45,217 nt of DNA from Bigelowiella natans CCMP2755 (lineage: Eukaryota; Protista; Cercozoa): assembly GCA_000320545.1 (NCBI GenBank), contig ADNK01000286.1:1-45217 (forward strand), given 5' to 3'. How positions within the stretch are numbered: position 1 is the stretch's first letter; each line of letters begins with the position of its first letter. The notes below the pieces were generated by a model that worked only from the letters and a program-made list of their open reading frames with translations, made no database searches and was not told the DNA's origin. Positions 1 to 11,800 of this stretch are shown one piece after another. The position numbers were made by a program, and so were the translations under genes.

Positions 1-179
1 GGTGAAACCAGTTTTAGTACCAGGGGTAGTAGTAGTAATAGTAATAGTAGAAGTAGTAAACGGAAATTTTTTAATCCCCTTTTACAAAATTTTTTAAAAA
101 ATTTCGGCCCCCCTTCATCAATAGGCATATTTTTCCTTCTCCCCCAGAAATGTTTTTTTTCTCCCTAATTCCCCCCCCC

Positions 180-215
<36 letters not shown>

Positions 216-271
216 CATTCTCGCACATACACCACACAGACACACACAAACATCCTCATTCATCATCATAG

Positions 272-418
272 GCTAACACACTACCTCGGTCGTTTCCAAG
301 CTCATTTCGCTAGTGCAGTGCTGGAGCAGAAACGCCTCAAAACGGCCTCGAGGCGCATGGAAGAGCTGCAGCAGGCCACACAGGAAACGGTTACCGTTTC
401 ATTCGTCGAGACGGTGAT

Positions 419-459
<41 letters not shown>

Positions 460-2082
460 TGATGACGATCTGCTGCTATTTAACTGCCGCCGCTGCTACT
501 TCTGCTGCACCTCTCCCCTTCTGCTACTGCTAGACTGCTGCCTAATAGCTACGCCGATGATAATGGCACAGAGGGTGAATTTGCCCGCATCGGCGCCATT
601 GATTCCTTCGCAATTGACATCACGTGTTTCTTCGTTGGTTGGTTTGTTGTTGGGCAGGCCTTCCGCGAGCTGTACCTGAATCGTGTTGCGCTGTGCGGGG
701 CGTACATCTACCGATTCTATGTTCAGAAAGAGGAGAGGGAGGAAGCGAAGAAGGGGCTGCTTTCTGCTACAGTTTTTAGGGGTTGCTTTGCGCCGCTACT
801 ACTACATGTGTGTGTGTGTGTGTGCGTGTGCGTGTGCGTGTGCGTGTGCGTGTGCGTGTGCGTGTGCGTGTGCGTGTGCGTGTGCGTGTGCGTGTGCGCG
901 CGTGCGCGCTTATGTATGGTTTTTTTCTTGTTCTTTCTTCGTTTTCCCATCCCAATTGGCAATAGCTCACACGCACACACGAACAATTAATGAATATATC
1001 GAATGGCAGGGTTGACTGCTGGTTTCGGGTTCCAAAACAAGACAAATCTTAAACGGTGGGGGGTTGTGGTGTGTGGGTTGATGAATAACATACGGCAGAA
1101 GAAGATGCATTTTATTATTGCTTGCTAAGTATTATCCGTGTCCTAGTTATTATTCTCATCATTCTCATTATCATCATCATCATCTTCTTCTTCTACTTCT
1201 TCTTCTTTTTCCGGTCGTTGGTTGCTCCCTCTCTCCCCCCCCCCATCCATCCTCCCTCAGATTCGATAAGTTGCACAGCACTCTTGAGAGGCAAACCGAA
1301 ACTCTCTCAAACTTTGTTGCGCGTAAACGGTAACAGTCTTGCTCTTCTAGCCACTTGCTCTTTCTTCTTCCCCGATGGTGATAGTGATAGTGATGGTAAT
1401 GATAATGATAGTGATGATGGGGAGTTTCAATTTGCAATCATTCGAGAGGACAATCGTAATTATCACACATGCATATGTGTGATAGTAATAATAATAACAA
1501 AAATAGCCCTCCCGCGTCAATCTACGTTTAATGGGAGTTTAACGTCTGATAGATGCTCCTTCTTCTCCTCTTTATCATTATCATCATCATCATCATCATC
1601 ATCATTCATCATCGTCGTCGTCATCATCATGGTCATGCAGGTGGGCGACCTCATGTGCACACATTCTCCAATGCACGGCGAAGGCAGTCAAAGCAAGAGA
1701 GGATATGTAATTATCTACACCATGCAACATGATGATAAATAGCTTGGAAAGGGGGGGGGGGGGGGACGGAATCTTAATATTTGGAGCGAGAGATAAAGAG
1801 GCAGAAAAAAAAGCCTTGATATCGATTCAAGTAGCGACGATGATGTTGTTGGAAAAAATGGAGAGAATAAGCGAGTGTGCGCTCAAGGACTTGTGGTTCT
1901 TACTACCCTGTGCACCTCCCTCCTCCTCCTCCTCCTCATCATCATCGTAAACAACAATAATAACAACGCAGGTTTCGTCACGTGGAAAATGTGAAGTCCT
2001 TACCTTTAGAGAAGGATCAGGTATCGTCGTCGAATTATTTGTTGTCTTCTCTTCTGGAGAGAGAGATTAAAGATAGATTGAT

Positions 2083-2122
<40 letters not shown>

Positions 2123-2591
2123 TGTAAGCATGTAGGAGCAGCTATACTTCCAAGCATAGTTTTAGTAGTTTTATCAACGATTTGAATGATACCGATTCCT
2201 ATAATTATCACAGCCTCGAAAGCGCATTATTGTTTCCTCGTCTGGAGGCTCAAACGACGACCAAGAATGGGAGTGCAAACAGTTCCGACGACTAAACTAA
2301 CACCGACAAGCACACACCACTGGGAACATCATTGATAAAGAGCACCACAGGCTCAAAAGGGGAGCGGGGAAGTAAAGGGAAATAGAGAAAGTTTCTCCTT
2401 GAGCTTCTCTTATTTTATCAAAGACTGTCGTTACATCGTTTCCTCCTCGTCGTCCTCCTCCTCATGCCTCTTTCAATGTTGTTTGTTTGCTTAAATTGCT
2501 TAGGTGTACGCTGATCAACTCGGGGGTGAACCCTACCTGCGAAGTGTGTGGTGCTGGCCGCCCATCAGGCGGAGCTTGCTCCATTTCGTAA
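272..2591 (+). CDS. 3' part of an Ariadne-like RBR E3 ubiquitin ligase (Ariadne helical domain + C-terminal RanBP2-type zinc finger); multi-exon, 5' end outside the window
   Basis: Exon pieces RLTHYLGRFQAHFASAVLEQKRL, FRELYLNRVALCGAYIYRFY and FDKLHSTLERQTETLSNF resemble the Ariadne domain pattern (RYxHYxxRY..H, xxCRxxLxxxYxYxYY, FExxQxxLExxTExLS). The last exons splice to WECKQ|CTLINSGVNPTCEVCGAGRP (RanBP2 finger), with stop TAA at 2589-2591. Some internal exon boundaries are uncertain. Confidence 0.7.
808..897. repeat. (TG)n/(TGCGTG)n intronic microsatellite, representative of dozens of SSRs in the introns of ARI, PrmA, HflX, TBCCD1 and DOHH
   Basis: Direct observation. Confidence 0.95.
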
Positions 2592-3305
2592 TGGTGATAG
2601 GGATGAGGCAGAAGAATATGAATCGCAAAGGGAAAAGTGCTCTCCCTTCCTTCTAGCCTTGTTGAATGCGTTTTGTATGTTCCTACCCGTCGCTATTCAT
2701 TTGCTCCAATGTGGTTATGGGGTATTTATTCTAAGAAATGGATGCAAGTTTAAGCATGCGTTGCATTTGCATTGTGCACATTTGTTGCAAATCATTAATT
2801 ATGAGATGACAAACATGAACAAGTTGTCTAGATGGATTGCACGGGGCTGTCGTATGCATGAATGCGCCTGCATGTGCGCACACGTCGCAGAGTTGCCACA
2901 CGCATCACTTGATCAAAACAACGTACGTGGAAGTCGAGATAGCGAGCGCGCTAGCGCGGTTGCGATGTTGGCTCACATCTCTCCACGTTCAAAATGATCA
3001 AACATCTAGATGTTCATCACATGACTGCGATGATGTGTCAGTGGCGCTCGTCGCATTGTGCATCGTGAGGCACATGCACCTAGAAACAGCATGCCAGCAT
3101 GCATCCCACTCCACAGCGAGTGCATGCATTTGCTTTCAGAGTCATCGCATGCCAGCATGCCTCGGTCATGTCGCACAGTCATGTCTGTGGGTGCATTGCT
3201 TGACACGAAGTCACGTCTAGACGTGTGCAAACACGAGCAGCACACGATCATTGCTGTTTCATGCGCCTCTTGCTAGCTTGCTAGCTTGGCAGCTCAGTTC
3301 GCAAG

Positions 3306-3419
3306 CCTCCAAACTTCATCGTGGGCTTTCCGCGGGTCAATGAAGGCAACTGTGGACCCCAAGTTTTGGGCCCTGCGGAGGTGAAGCACTTGGTGCAGGT
3401 TGAAGATGTGGAAGTCAGT
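3306..3419 (-). mobile_element. Relic of a non-LTR retrotransposon reverse transcriptase
   Basis: The minus strand reads TDFHIFNLHQVLHLRRAQNLGSTVAFIDPRKAHDEVWR, matching the LINE RT segment D-HIFxLxxxxxxxxxxxxxxxxAFIDLxKAYDxVWR. It is not in the ORF track. Confidence 0.8.
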
Positions 3420-3500
3420 CAATTGAAGTCAGTTCCACGGTTCCGTGACCGCACAGCATTGTGTGAATTGCGCGCCCAACAGGGTGCAACCAGAGAGGGT

Positions 3501-3975
3501 CAATGAACAATGAACAATGAGCAATGAACAATGAACAATGAACAATGAACAATGAACAATGAACAATGAACAATGAACAATGAACAATGAACAACGAATG
3601 AATGAATGAATGAATGAAGCATTGATCAAATTTGCATGCGCGAACAATGAACAATGAACAATGAACAAAAGCGTCAATTGATCAAATCCACGTGCGCAAG
3701 AACCACGTGGGACACAGGCATTTGCATGCAGCAGAGCCGCGAGAACCACATGGGAGACAAGAACAATGAACAATGAACAATGATGATGAACTACGTTTCC
3801 AAAATGTGGCAAGACATTTGCAGAGTGCGAAACGCAGTGCCTCGAACAAGAGTGTGCGATGATGAACTGCAACAATGGTGAACAATGAACAATGAACAAT
3901 GAAGAAAGCGTTGATCAAAACTGCATGCGCCAGAACCACATGGGAGACAGGCATTTGCACGCAGCAGAGCCTCAA
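3501..3975. repeat. (AACAATG)n and (AATG)n tracts interleaved with a duplicated ~60-bp unit; probable 3' tail region of the minus-strand LINE relic
   Basis: Heptamer runs at ~3501-3595, 3643-3668, 3762-3782 and 3881-3902. The unit ending agaaccac(a/g)tggga(c/g)acaggcatttgca(t/c)gcagcagagcc occurs at ~3700 and ~3932. Confidence 0.8.
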
Positions 3976-4097
3976 CAACACTCGTTGCAAGGACTTGTCA
4001 GCACCCTGTTGGTGAGAGACACAAAAAATCAGCCGCATCCCACGAAATTGGCATGGATGCCGATTGATGGTGCCGTTGAGATGTGAATTGATTGGAA

Positions 4098-4680
4098 CTA
4101 AAACTGGCATCTTGGATGCCGAACAGCAGCAAAATTGTCAAGCAGGACAATGGTTCGACGGAAAGCCCTGTCGATTTCTTTGTCAGTCGAAGGGACACCA
4201 GATGTGGCCCCCAAAGCAAGGCAGAACTTGTCATGGGAAGACATGGCTGAGAAAGCACGCAACGTGACCACGTCATCATTGGCATCAGGTTGATGACGAG
4301 ACACCAGGTGACGAATCCTGGTCCAAAAACGGTCTCTGATGTCGCACGTTCCTTGGCAGGAGAACAAAAGGTGCATCAGGGACACGTCTTCGTGAGAAGC
4401 GCACAAGGAGCACCAGCCCTCATGCTGCTCCAGTGCGAAGAATCTGGCAGTGTTGTGACGCCACCACAAGGCTCCACAATGAGCTTGGAATTTGAGGGAC
4501 ACACCACGGGCATTGTTCCATTCATCGAGGTACTTGGAGCAGTGAAGATGGGCCGGTTTGCCCACTTCCCCATCGATGATGAACTACATTTCCAAAGGGT
4601 CACACGAGGTTCTCCGGAGGGACTTGTCCGGGTATTTCGCACCATGTTGTTTTGGTCTTTGGTGACAGTGTTTCTTCCGA
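4098..4680 (-). mobile_element. 5'-truncated, decayed LINE ORF2 C-terminus (Cys/His zinc-binding region)
   Basis: ORF 4098-4565 contains WCSLCASHEDVSLMHLLFSC..R, the CxxC...ExxxHLLxxC signature at the end of LINE ORF2. There is an in-frame stop just upstream and a simple-repeat tail downstream. The 5' boundary is approximate. Confidence 0.7.
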
Positions 4681-4743
4681 AAAAGTTGCAAAAATGCAGG
4701 CAATTTTTGGAGATATATTAGCCCACATCATTGGGATACGAGT

Positions 4744-5336
4744 ATGAGGATAATAAACTTCATTATGGACGAAATGCGAGCAGCCATCAGAGCCTTGACA
4801 GCCTTCGCAGGCCTTGGAGAGAAGAAAAGCACTGAAATGGGAAGCGACAATTCCAATAAAACCACGGAAAAGGAGGTGAGCACACAGAGTAGAGCTGGAA
4901 AAGAAAAAGGTACCTAGCGAGTCTCTAACAACAAAATCAGGCGAATCAATCTGATGGTATGTATGAACTCATGATCTCAAGATGGAAAAAAAGTCAACTC
5001 AATTCCAGTTTCCATGGCTCATAATTTGGGTTCGAAGAAGACCCCTCCCCTTCTGCAAATGGAAAAAACAGAAATAATTCCCCATTTGGATTCGAAGAAA
5101 GTCCCTCCAATGGAAGAAATAGAAGAAATTCCCGAAAAATGGGGATATCTCGAGTCCGAGAACAAAGAGAGTTATGACTCCATCGATCTGGAGCGACGTA
5201 ATGGACATGACACGCGAGTAGAAGAAACGGGGAGTTCAGATGTTCTCCGTTTGTCAACTATTAACCTGCATATTCCGCACTCCCTGTTTCTTCTACTTTA
5301 CCCCCAAAGCTCTCTTCACACACACACACACACACA

Positions 5337-5425
<89 letters not shown>

Positions 5426-5819
5426 TATGCTATGTTCATGTTCATGTATGTGTACCGTTTAGACTTGTATGTTTGTGTAGAATTGCCACATTTGAGCATG
5501 TCTGATTGTTTGTATGTGGTTTGTCTTATTTTTCAAAAGATGGAAAGGAGAACGAATTCATGCTTGGTCGCGACCAGTTCCCACAGTTTCCTGAATATAT
5601 GCGCATTAGCCGTCAACATATTCGGCTTTTCACATTAGTCAAAGACGGAGTTGAAGAGGTATTAAAGTTGGCATACTAAAATGAATATGATTCTCCCTAA
5701 CAACACATTCATCGAATGACACCGGCAGCAAGTTGCATTCAATAAATGGGGCGTTTTCTCGAATGACAATACTTGCATCAAATGCAAATTTCCCCGACAC
5801 AAAAACACACACTCATCCA

Positions 5820-5850
<31 letters not shown>

Positions 5851-7102
5851 TCATTCTCTCTCTCCATCCCTCCCTCTGACATTTGTTGTTAGTTTGTCCT
5901 CATCCGCACATGATAAGCACAGATTAACAATCTAATAACAATCGCTAACGAAGGCATGGATTGAGAACAAAAGTGGCAATGGCACTCGATTAAACTCCGA
6001 GCCAAAGATGGAAAAGGATGAGAAAAGGTTTCAAATTTGTTCCTTTTCTGTAACTTGATTGTGCTCATTGTTTGCGAGACGGTGCCGCAGATTCCTCGGT
6101 ACATGGAATTTCACAAAAAAAATATAGAGTATGTTCATGGTAAAAATTTTCTTTGTTCCGTTATCTCTTAGAGAAAATATATGAACGTATTAGATTGGTT
6201 CCTTCAACGTGTCGAATTATCACCATGAAAGAATTTCAAATGATAGACTTCAAGAAATCTCGATGTAGAAGACTGCTATGGTTTTATTGCGAAAGTAATA
6301 CCAACCTATACATAATCCCCTAATCGTTTGGTTGTTGTATTCTTAATTTTACAGAAAAATAAGACACGGGACAAAAATAACTATCGCAGGCCCATTCAAA
6401 AAATACCCCGAAATTTCATTCACATTCAAACGAGTTGGCGGCCCAAGGATTGGCAAAGAGCTTCATGTCTTTTGGGATATCGAAAATTGTGGTCCACCCA
6501 GTAAATCGCAGAAATCGCAAATTGGCGAAGTCCTGAAAGAAATAAAGAACGTTATGTATGATGCATTTCATCAGAAATTCGAACAGAGTTATCCCCAGAA
6601 ATACACTATTCAAACTGTGTACGCAAATAAGTGGGATGAAGGCAACGAAAGACTTCTCGATTGCCTTCAGAAAGCTGGAGTTGAATGCTCGCCTATCTAC
6701 TCTGAAAAGAAACAGGCCGCGGATATAGGGTTGATGGAGGCTATGACAAAAAGAGCTCTACCCGGAGATGCAGCGATTGGAATCATCACAGGAGATTCAG
6801 ATTACATGAACCACATATCAGCATTGAACGTGGACTTTGTCATCACAAAAAAGAATTGTGGGGCGAAGTGTCTCGAGCAATTTAATGTGGTTGGAAGGTG
6901 GCCTTTGAGCACGCCATCTCAAGATAAAAAATCGCTCTCTAGCTCGGACCAGATACGAGCATCACTCAATGAGAAAGGCTACCCTCTTCGTCCTGGGAGG
7001 GAGCCATGTTCATACTACATGAACAATGGCACATGTGGTTATGATGCAAAATGCTGTTACGACCACCCACCGCTCAATCATCTAAATTTCAGCCCACCTT
7101 GA
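4744..7102 (+). CDS. FHA domain + NYN (PIN-like) ribonuclease domain + C-terminal CCCH zinc finger protein
   Basis: Phase-consistent GT-AG exons: start-4875, 4941-4956, 5009-5197, 5540-5658, 5954-6027, 6355-7102. FHA motifs: WGYL, LGRD..RISRQH, ENKSGNGTRLN, IRHGTKITI. NYN motifs: VFWDIENC, KQAADIGL, IITGDSDY. CCCH finger: YPLRPGREPCSYYMNNGTCGYDAKCCYDHP. Start codon is ambiguous (in-frame ATGs at 4744, 4765, 4774, 4837). Confidence 0.8.
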
Positions 7103-7241
7103 CAAGCTAGACAACCCATCCCGGCTCGATGGCATGCATTGGGGCTGTGAATGACGGCGTATAACAATTTGAATGTTGATTAAAAATGCTGTCGTCAGAC
7201 ATGAGTTCTGACATGTGCATGTCTAGATGTGCATGCTTGAA

Positions 7242-7641
7242 CATGAGACGGATGTGATGAATGAGTTGATTCTTTTCAATTGTCATCCCAATGAACACAG
7301 CTGTGCAAAGCCGCGGCCACGCGTTCAAGTTGTCTGTTGTTCTTATTTGTTTCTTCTGCGATGTCAAGCATGCATCATGTGAATGCAACGCAGTTTGCGC
7401 ATGCTATCGCTAGCATGCAGCACGTGTCGAGTTCTAGAGCTGTGAATGCGCGGCACAACGAACGCGTTGCTGCTTGAATTTTTTCCTTTGTGAGTCGTTT
7501 TGTTCCGTCGATTGTTCCTGTCCGTAGTTGCAGTCATTTGTGTATTGAGTCTATCTTGCTTGGTGCACAGAGTGTTCTGGCTAAGTCTGCATGCTAGCAT
7601 GGGCATGGAAAAACGTGATATGTATCGTCGATGATGTTGCA
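7242..7641 (+). repeat. Left end and internal part of a decayed MITE-like repeat (copy A)
   Basis: ATGAGACGGATG at 7243-7254, then TTTCAATTGTCATCCCAATG..AGCTGTGCAAAGCCGCGGC. The internal 29-mer 7613-7641 matches 36814-36842 at 25/29. Confidence 0.65.
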
Positions 7642-9169
7642 CGTAGCACAACGTGCTTCAATTGCATTGCATTGGCCTCTTGACAATGTCTAGAATGTGA
7701 ACCGCTAGACCTGCCAAGATCTCCGCAGCACCCACAATGCATCTCATCCAAGATGTAGCAATGCTGGGTGGCTTGAGACAGTCTAGCAGTCTCTGGTGAT
7801 GTGGGTGCTGGATGAGAATCCTGGTCCCTGCTCATTGAAATGCAGAGCTCCATCGTGGCATCAGCTTTATTGTGACGATATGAGATGTGTACGTCGGCAG
7901 GTGCTTTATTGTGTCGATCAGTGCACTAAACATCCCAGCATGGTGCGCGCTATGCTAGCATGTTGTTGAATCAGGAAGTGCAGGTCCTAGAGACGTTAGT
8001 ACCTCTTCATTGCACGCAGGCAACTCATCGATGAGCGTCAGCGGTCGCTTTTATCCGATCTGCGCCCGCTGCATCGTAAACTTTATGTGTGGGTGTACGC
8101 TACCTATCACGGCACGACAAGCATACATATGCGTACTAGCATGCTAACACGCATGAGTATCGTAAGTGTCACCAAGTATGCGTGTGCATCGTCGCATTCG
8201 CTAATGACAAAATAACAAATTTTGCTGTGATTAGTAGTACGTAAGTCGCCTGTGCAAGCATGTGAATTACCGCCTTGGCTTCATTTACTTTTGTGATTCT
8301 TAACCACACGCTCTACTAGTCCACTAGCAAATTGAACGACCTGCCCTCCTCGTGCATTCACTCTGCACTGGATTGGCTAGGAATGATAAACGTCTGCTTC
8401 TGCATCTCATCATCATCATCATCCGGTTGCTAATAGAAGTAGCCATCAATGACTGACGCCGCTGCATTTTTGTACTTCTCACACTATCGCTACTCCTAAA
8501 AGCTGTGACGGTGATAGAAGGGCGAGCTTGAGCGGAGAAGGGCCAAAGAAACGACGGATTCTCTTGCCGTTCTCTTTCATTTGTGTTAGCAAATTCTATT
8601 CCCCCTTGAGTTTCCCTAATCGCGGCACTATGGTCATCACCTGTGCACATGGCCCGAAGACCGCAGATATGGGTAGAGAGAGAGATAAGGAAGGAGGAGG
8701 AGGAGGAGGAGGAGGAGGAGGAGGGAGAACGATTAAACGTATGCTGCCTCAAATGCGGCGGTCGTGCACACTACACGCAGGGTTGCAAGCCGTAGGTATT
8801 TTCGGGTCTATTCAGGCAACAGTCTGTGAAGAATGCGTTCAAATGTGTCGTTGATTCCAACGTGAAGCTTGATTAAGGGTGTATGATGATTAGGGGTTAT
8901 AGAGGAAAGGGAGGAAGACTGACCGCGAGAAGCACTATCGCTATTATGATGTTCTTTATCTGCAACAAACAATATGTTAAATGTTCTTAGCACAGAGACT
9001 ATTCTTTGCGTGTGTACGTGTGTATGTGTGGTTATTTGATAAAAAAAGAAACGATAAAACACACGATCTTTTCGACATAATCGGGCTGCTGCGGCAGTCA
9101 TTCAGCCGAACAATGAACGATTGACCAAAAACAATTCCACCGTGAGAATTTGCAGTTCTTGGCGCTCAC

Positions 9170-9386
9170 CGTGCGCATGGGCTGACAAGTGCTCATATTG
9201 GATTTTCGAGGCGGTCCTCGTCGCAAGCAGTAGCACCTACTCAGCAAACAACCTTGCGTCAAGCGATTGAAGATAGGGAACGACTTAGTCGTGTTGCTAA
9301 TGTTGCGTTGATGTTGCTCTTGATGACAAAGGAGGATGACGATGATCATCGTAGCAACATAAGCCGAAGGATATATTATCATATTT

Positions 9387-9417
<31 letters not shown>

Positions 9418-9605
9418 CAGTAGTAAAAGATGGATTGTAGGGAATATATCTGAGTCGCTGCTAATAATAATAACAATAATAACAACAATAATAATAATAC
9501 CCAGTCCTTCTGGTCGCCCCATTCTTCTGACCATTCCGGCAAATGTGCATCTGCTCCAAGCTCGATATGCCTGTAAGTTGTCACGTCGCGAAGGTCGGTA
9601 GTAAT

Positions 9606-9644
<39 letters not shown>

Positions 9645-9917
9645 ACTCATGCTCACACTCACACTCACACACAAATGCATGCCCACAACATCCACAGCTC
9701 ATGATACTTAGCGAGTGGTGGTGTGCGATTACTCGTCATCGAACTCAAATGCCATTTTGAAAGCGTTTTTAACGTTTTGGATGTCGCGCTTCTTGAGCCC
9801 AGTCAGCCCGATCTTTCGAAATAACATACACTTCATCAAAGAACTACTAGTGCAAGGAAAAAGGGTTATGGGATATTCTCTTTCATTCATGTTTCTCTCG
9901 CTCTCTCTCTCTCTCCC

Positions 9918-9966
<49 letters not shown>

Positions 9967-11515
9967 AATGGATAGGCAAAAGTGATCTGCAACAGCATAG
10001 GACATGTTACCCTTCCTCCCTCCTTGACATAAAGCGAGAGATGTGGTGCCAGGTCTATAAGTACGCCAGGCAGTATATTGGCAATGCACACGTCGAATGG
10101 CCCTTCGGTACCGTCGATGTTTTGTGCTAAGCGCACTTCCAACCTACATCCGTATGAACCATTTCATGTGTGTGGTGTTATTTACTTCAGAATACATGAG
10201 TGTAGAGAGAAGTAGCGTGAGCATCTCAATCTCCCAATACCATCTAATACCTCCCCCCCTCCCTGTTTTTCCTCTGTCTTTTCCCATTTCTTCCATCCCA
10301 TACCTGTCCGCCACATTGTTGCGTTTTCCATTCTCCTCTGCGACTTCGACCGCCTAATTGATGCGATATTTGTAATAATGATAATGATAGTAGTAGTAGT
10401 AACAATAATAATAACAACACACTCTCCTCGCCGATAGAAAAGTCTCCCCACCCTATAACCATGACAGATCGATCATATTCTCCCCCCCCCCCCCCTCACA
10501 AAAAGTCTTAACAGGATGGTCGATATGAGTTCGGATTCTCCATCCCAACCTCATCCTCACCCCCCCCTTCCCCTCTCTTCCCCTCTCCCTTCATGCCTGA
10601 CGCACATCGTGATCTATGTCGACCGCCAAAGCAGACTGGGCCCCGAGTTTGAGTGCAGCTATGGCCTAGAATGAACGTGATAACGATGACAACACATCTA
10701 CAAAGTACTGTGGTGGTGTTGTTGTTGCTGCTGCATCTGCATCTGCTGCTACTACTGCAACAAACAGTCAGATAAAATATAACAAAAACTGCTACCTGTA
10801 TTCCTGTTCCCGTCCCATAATCAAGGACTTTCAAGCCTAAAAGAGATGGTTTTATCGATCAAAGTGCGCCGCCACCCACGAAGCTCACCCCCCGGCGAAA
10901 CCGCAATCAAAAGGGCAGCTGCACATGCTAGATATCAGATGGCAAACAAAAAGAACCTGGCCGGATCGTTTGTTCCAGGTATTTCAACCCAAGAATGGTG
11001 GTGTGGTGGCCCTCGGCACCGAAAACGCGCGAATGATCGTTGCTGAGCGAGCAGTGCAGGAAGAAACAGTATCAGATAGGAAGCAGCTCCCAATATTTTA
11101 TTAAAAAAAAAGGGAGAAAGGGACTGAGACCTTTCGATAACTACTGGCGTGGTGTCCTTCGGAGCGTTGGCAGCCGACTCCTGGTTGTAAGTAGGGTACC
11201 CAAGGAGAGAGAGAATAAAGTGAGCGTGATAGTCTGAGCATAACACTCACAGAAGAGCCAATCCTGCTTACCTCGTCACCGACCCAGAATTTACCGGCCC
11301 GAAATGCTCGTTTCTCAAAGAATCTGAGCCGCAAGACGAGAAAGAACAGTCACGCATGGTCGACGATGGCGCACCTCATTGCAACTCTCTGATGGTAAAT
11401 TCTCAGCTTTCCGCTCCCCCCCAATTGACTTATAAAGAAGAAGAGAATACCGGTGTCCATCCTGTGCCTCTACCCTAAGCAAAAAGAGAGACGAGAGAAA
11501 TAGCACCAGAGCCAT
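9170..11515 (-). CDS. prmA: Ribosomal protein L11 methyltransferase PrmA-like, with N-terminal signal peptide (probably plastid-targeted); multi-exon, 3' end uncertain (may extend to ~8.5-8.9 kb)
   Basis: Exons encode FGAEGHHTTILGLKYL, KVLDYGTGTGI (SAM motif I), AIAALKLGAQSALAVDID, AEENGKRNNV, FDVCIANILPGVLIDLAPHLSLYVKEGGR and IGLTGL. The N-terminus MALVLFLSSLFLLRVEA is hydrophobic. Confidence 0.85.
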
Positions 11516-11800
11516 TCTGGTTGTGGTTCTCCCAGGGGGGGGGTAACCAAGTCTCTCCTTTTCTTTTGAGATATGTGGGTTTCCTGCCAATATCTCAGAT
11601 GATTTACGACGAAATATTCCAGAAAAGATCTTAAATAAAATGACTAAATAAACGTTGTTGCAGTCGTCGAGTTGTGCTGAGAGACTTCTGGGAACGGCTT
11701 TATTTATATATATTTTAAATACCCAAGAGTATCTTAAAAAAGTTTCCTACTTTCATTTCGACGCGACCATTTTTGGAGTCGAGAGGACGACGGAGGAACC

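Noticed and set aside
683-1742. Many low-complexity ORFs in the track (poly-CV, HT, RE, SL, II), here and throughout the window
   Set aside because: They are translations of intronic microsatellites or antisense frames of real exons.
3501-3600. (AACAATG)n as a telomeric repeat or CRISPR array
   Set aside because: It has no G-rich telomere motif, no unique spacers and no cas genes, and it sits at a LINE 3' end.
3284-4530. Ordinary 5mCpG deamination or RIP as the sole cause of the TG/CA excess
   Set aside because: CpG is retained and TpA is nearly absent, and the RT motif shows a His codon where Tyr is expected. Some CpG decay may still contribute.
4957-4981. A 25-nt ultra-short intron in the FHA-NYN gene
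   Set aside because: A downstream acceptor (ttccag, 5008) gives the same phase with a more ordinary 52-nt intron.
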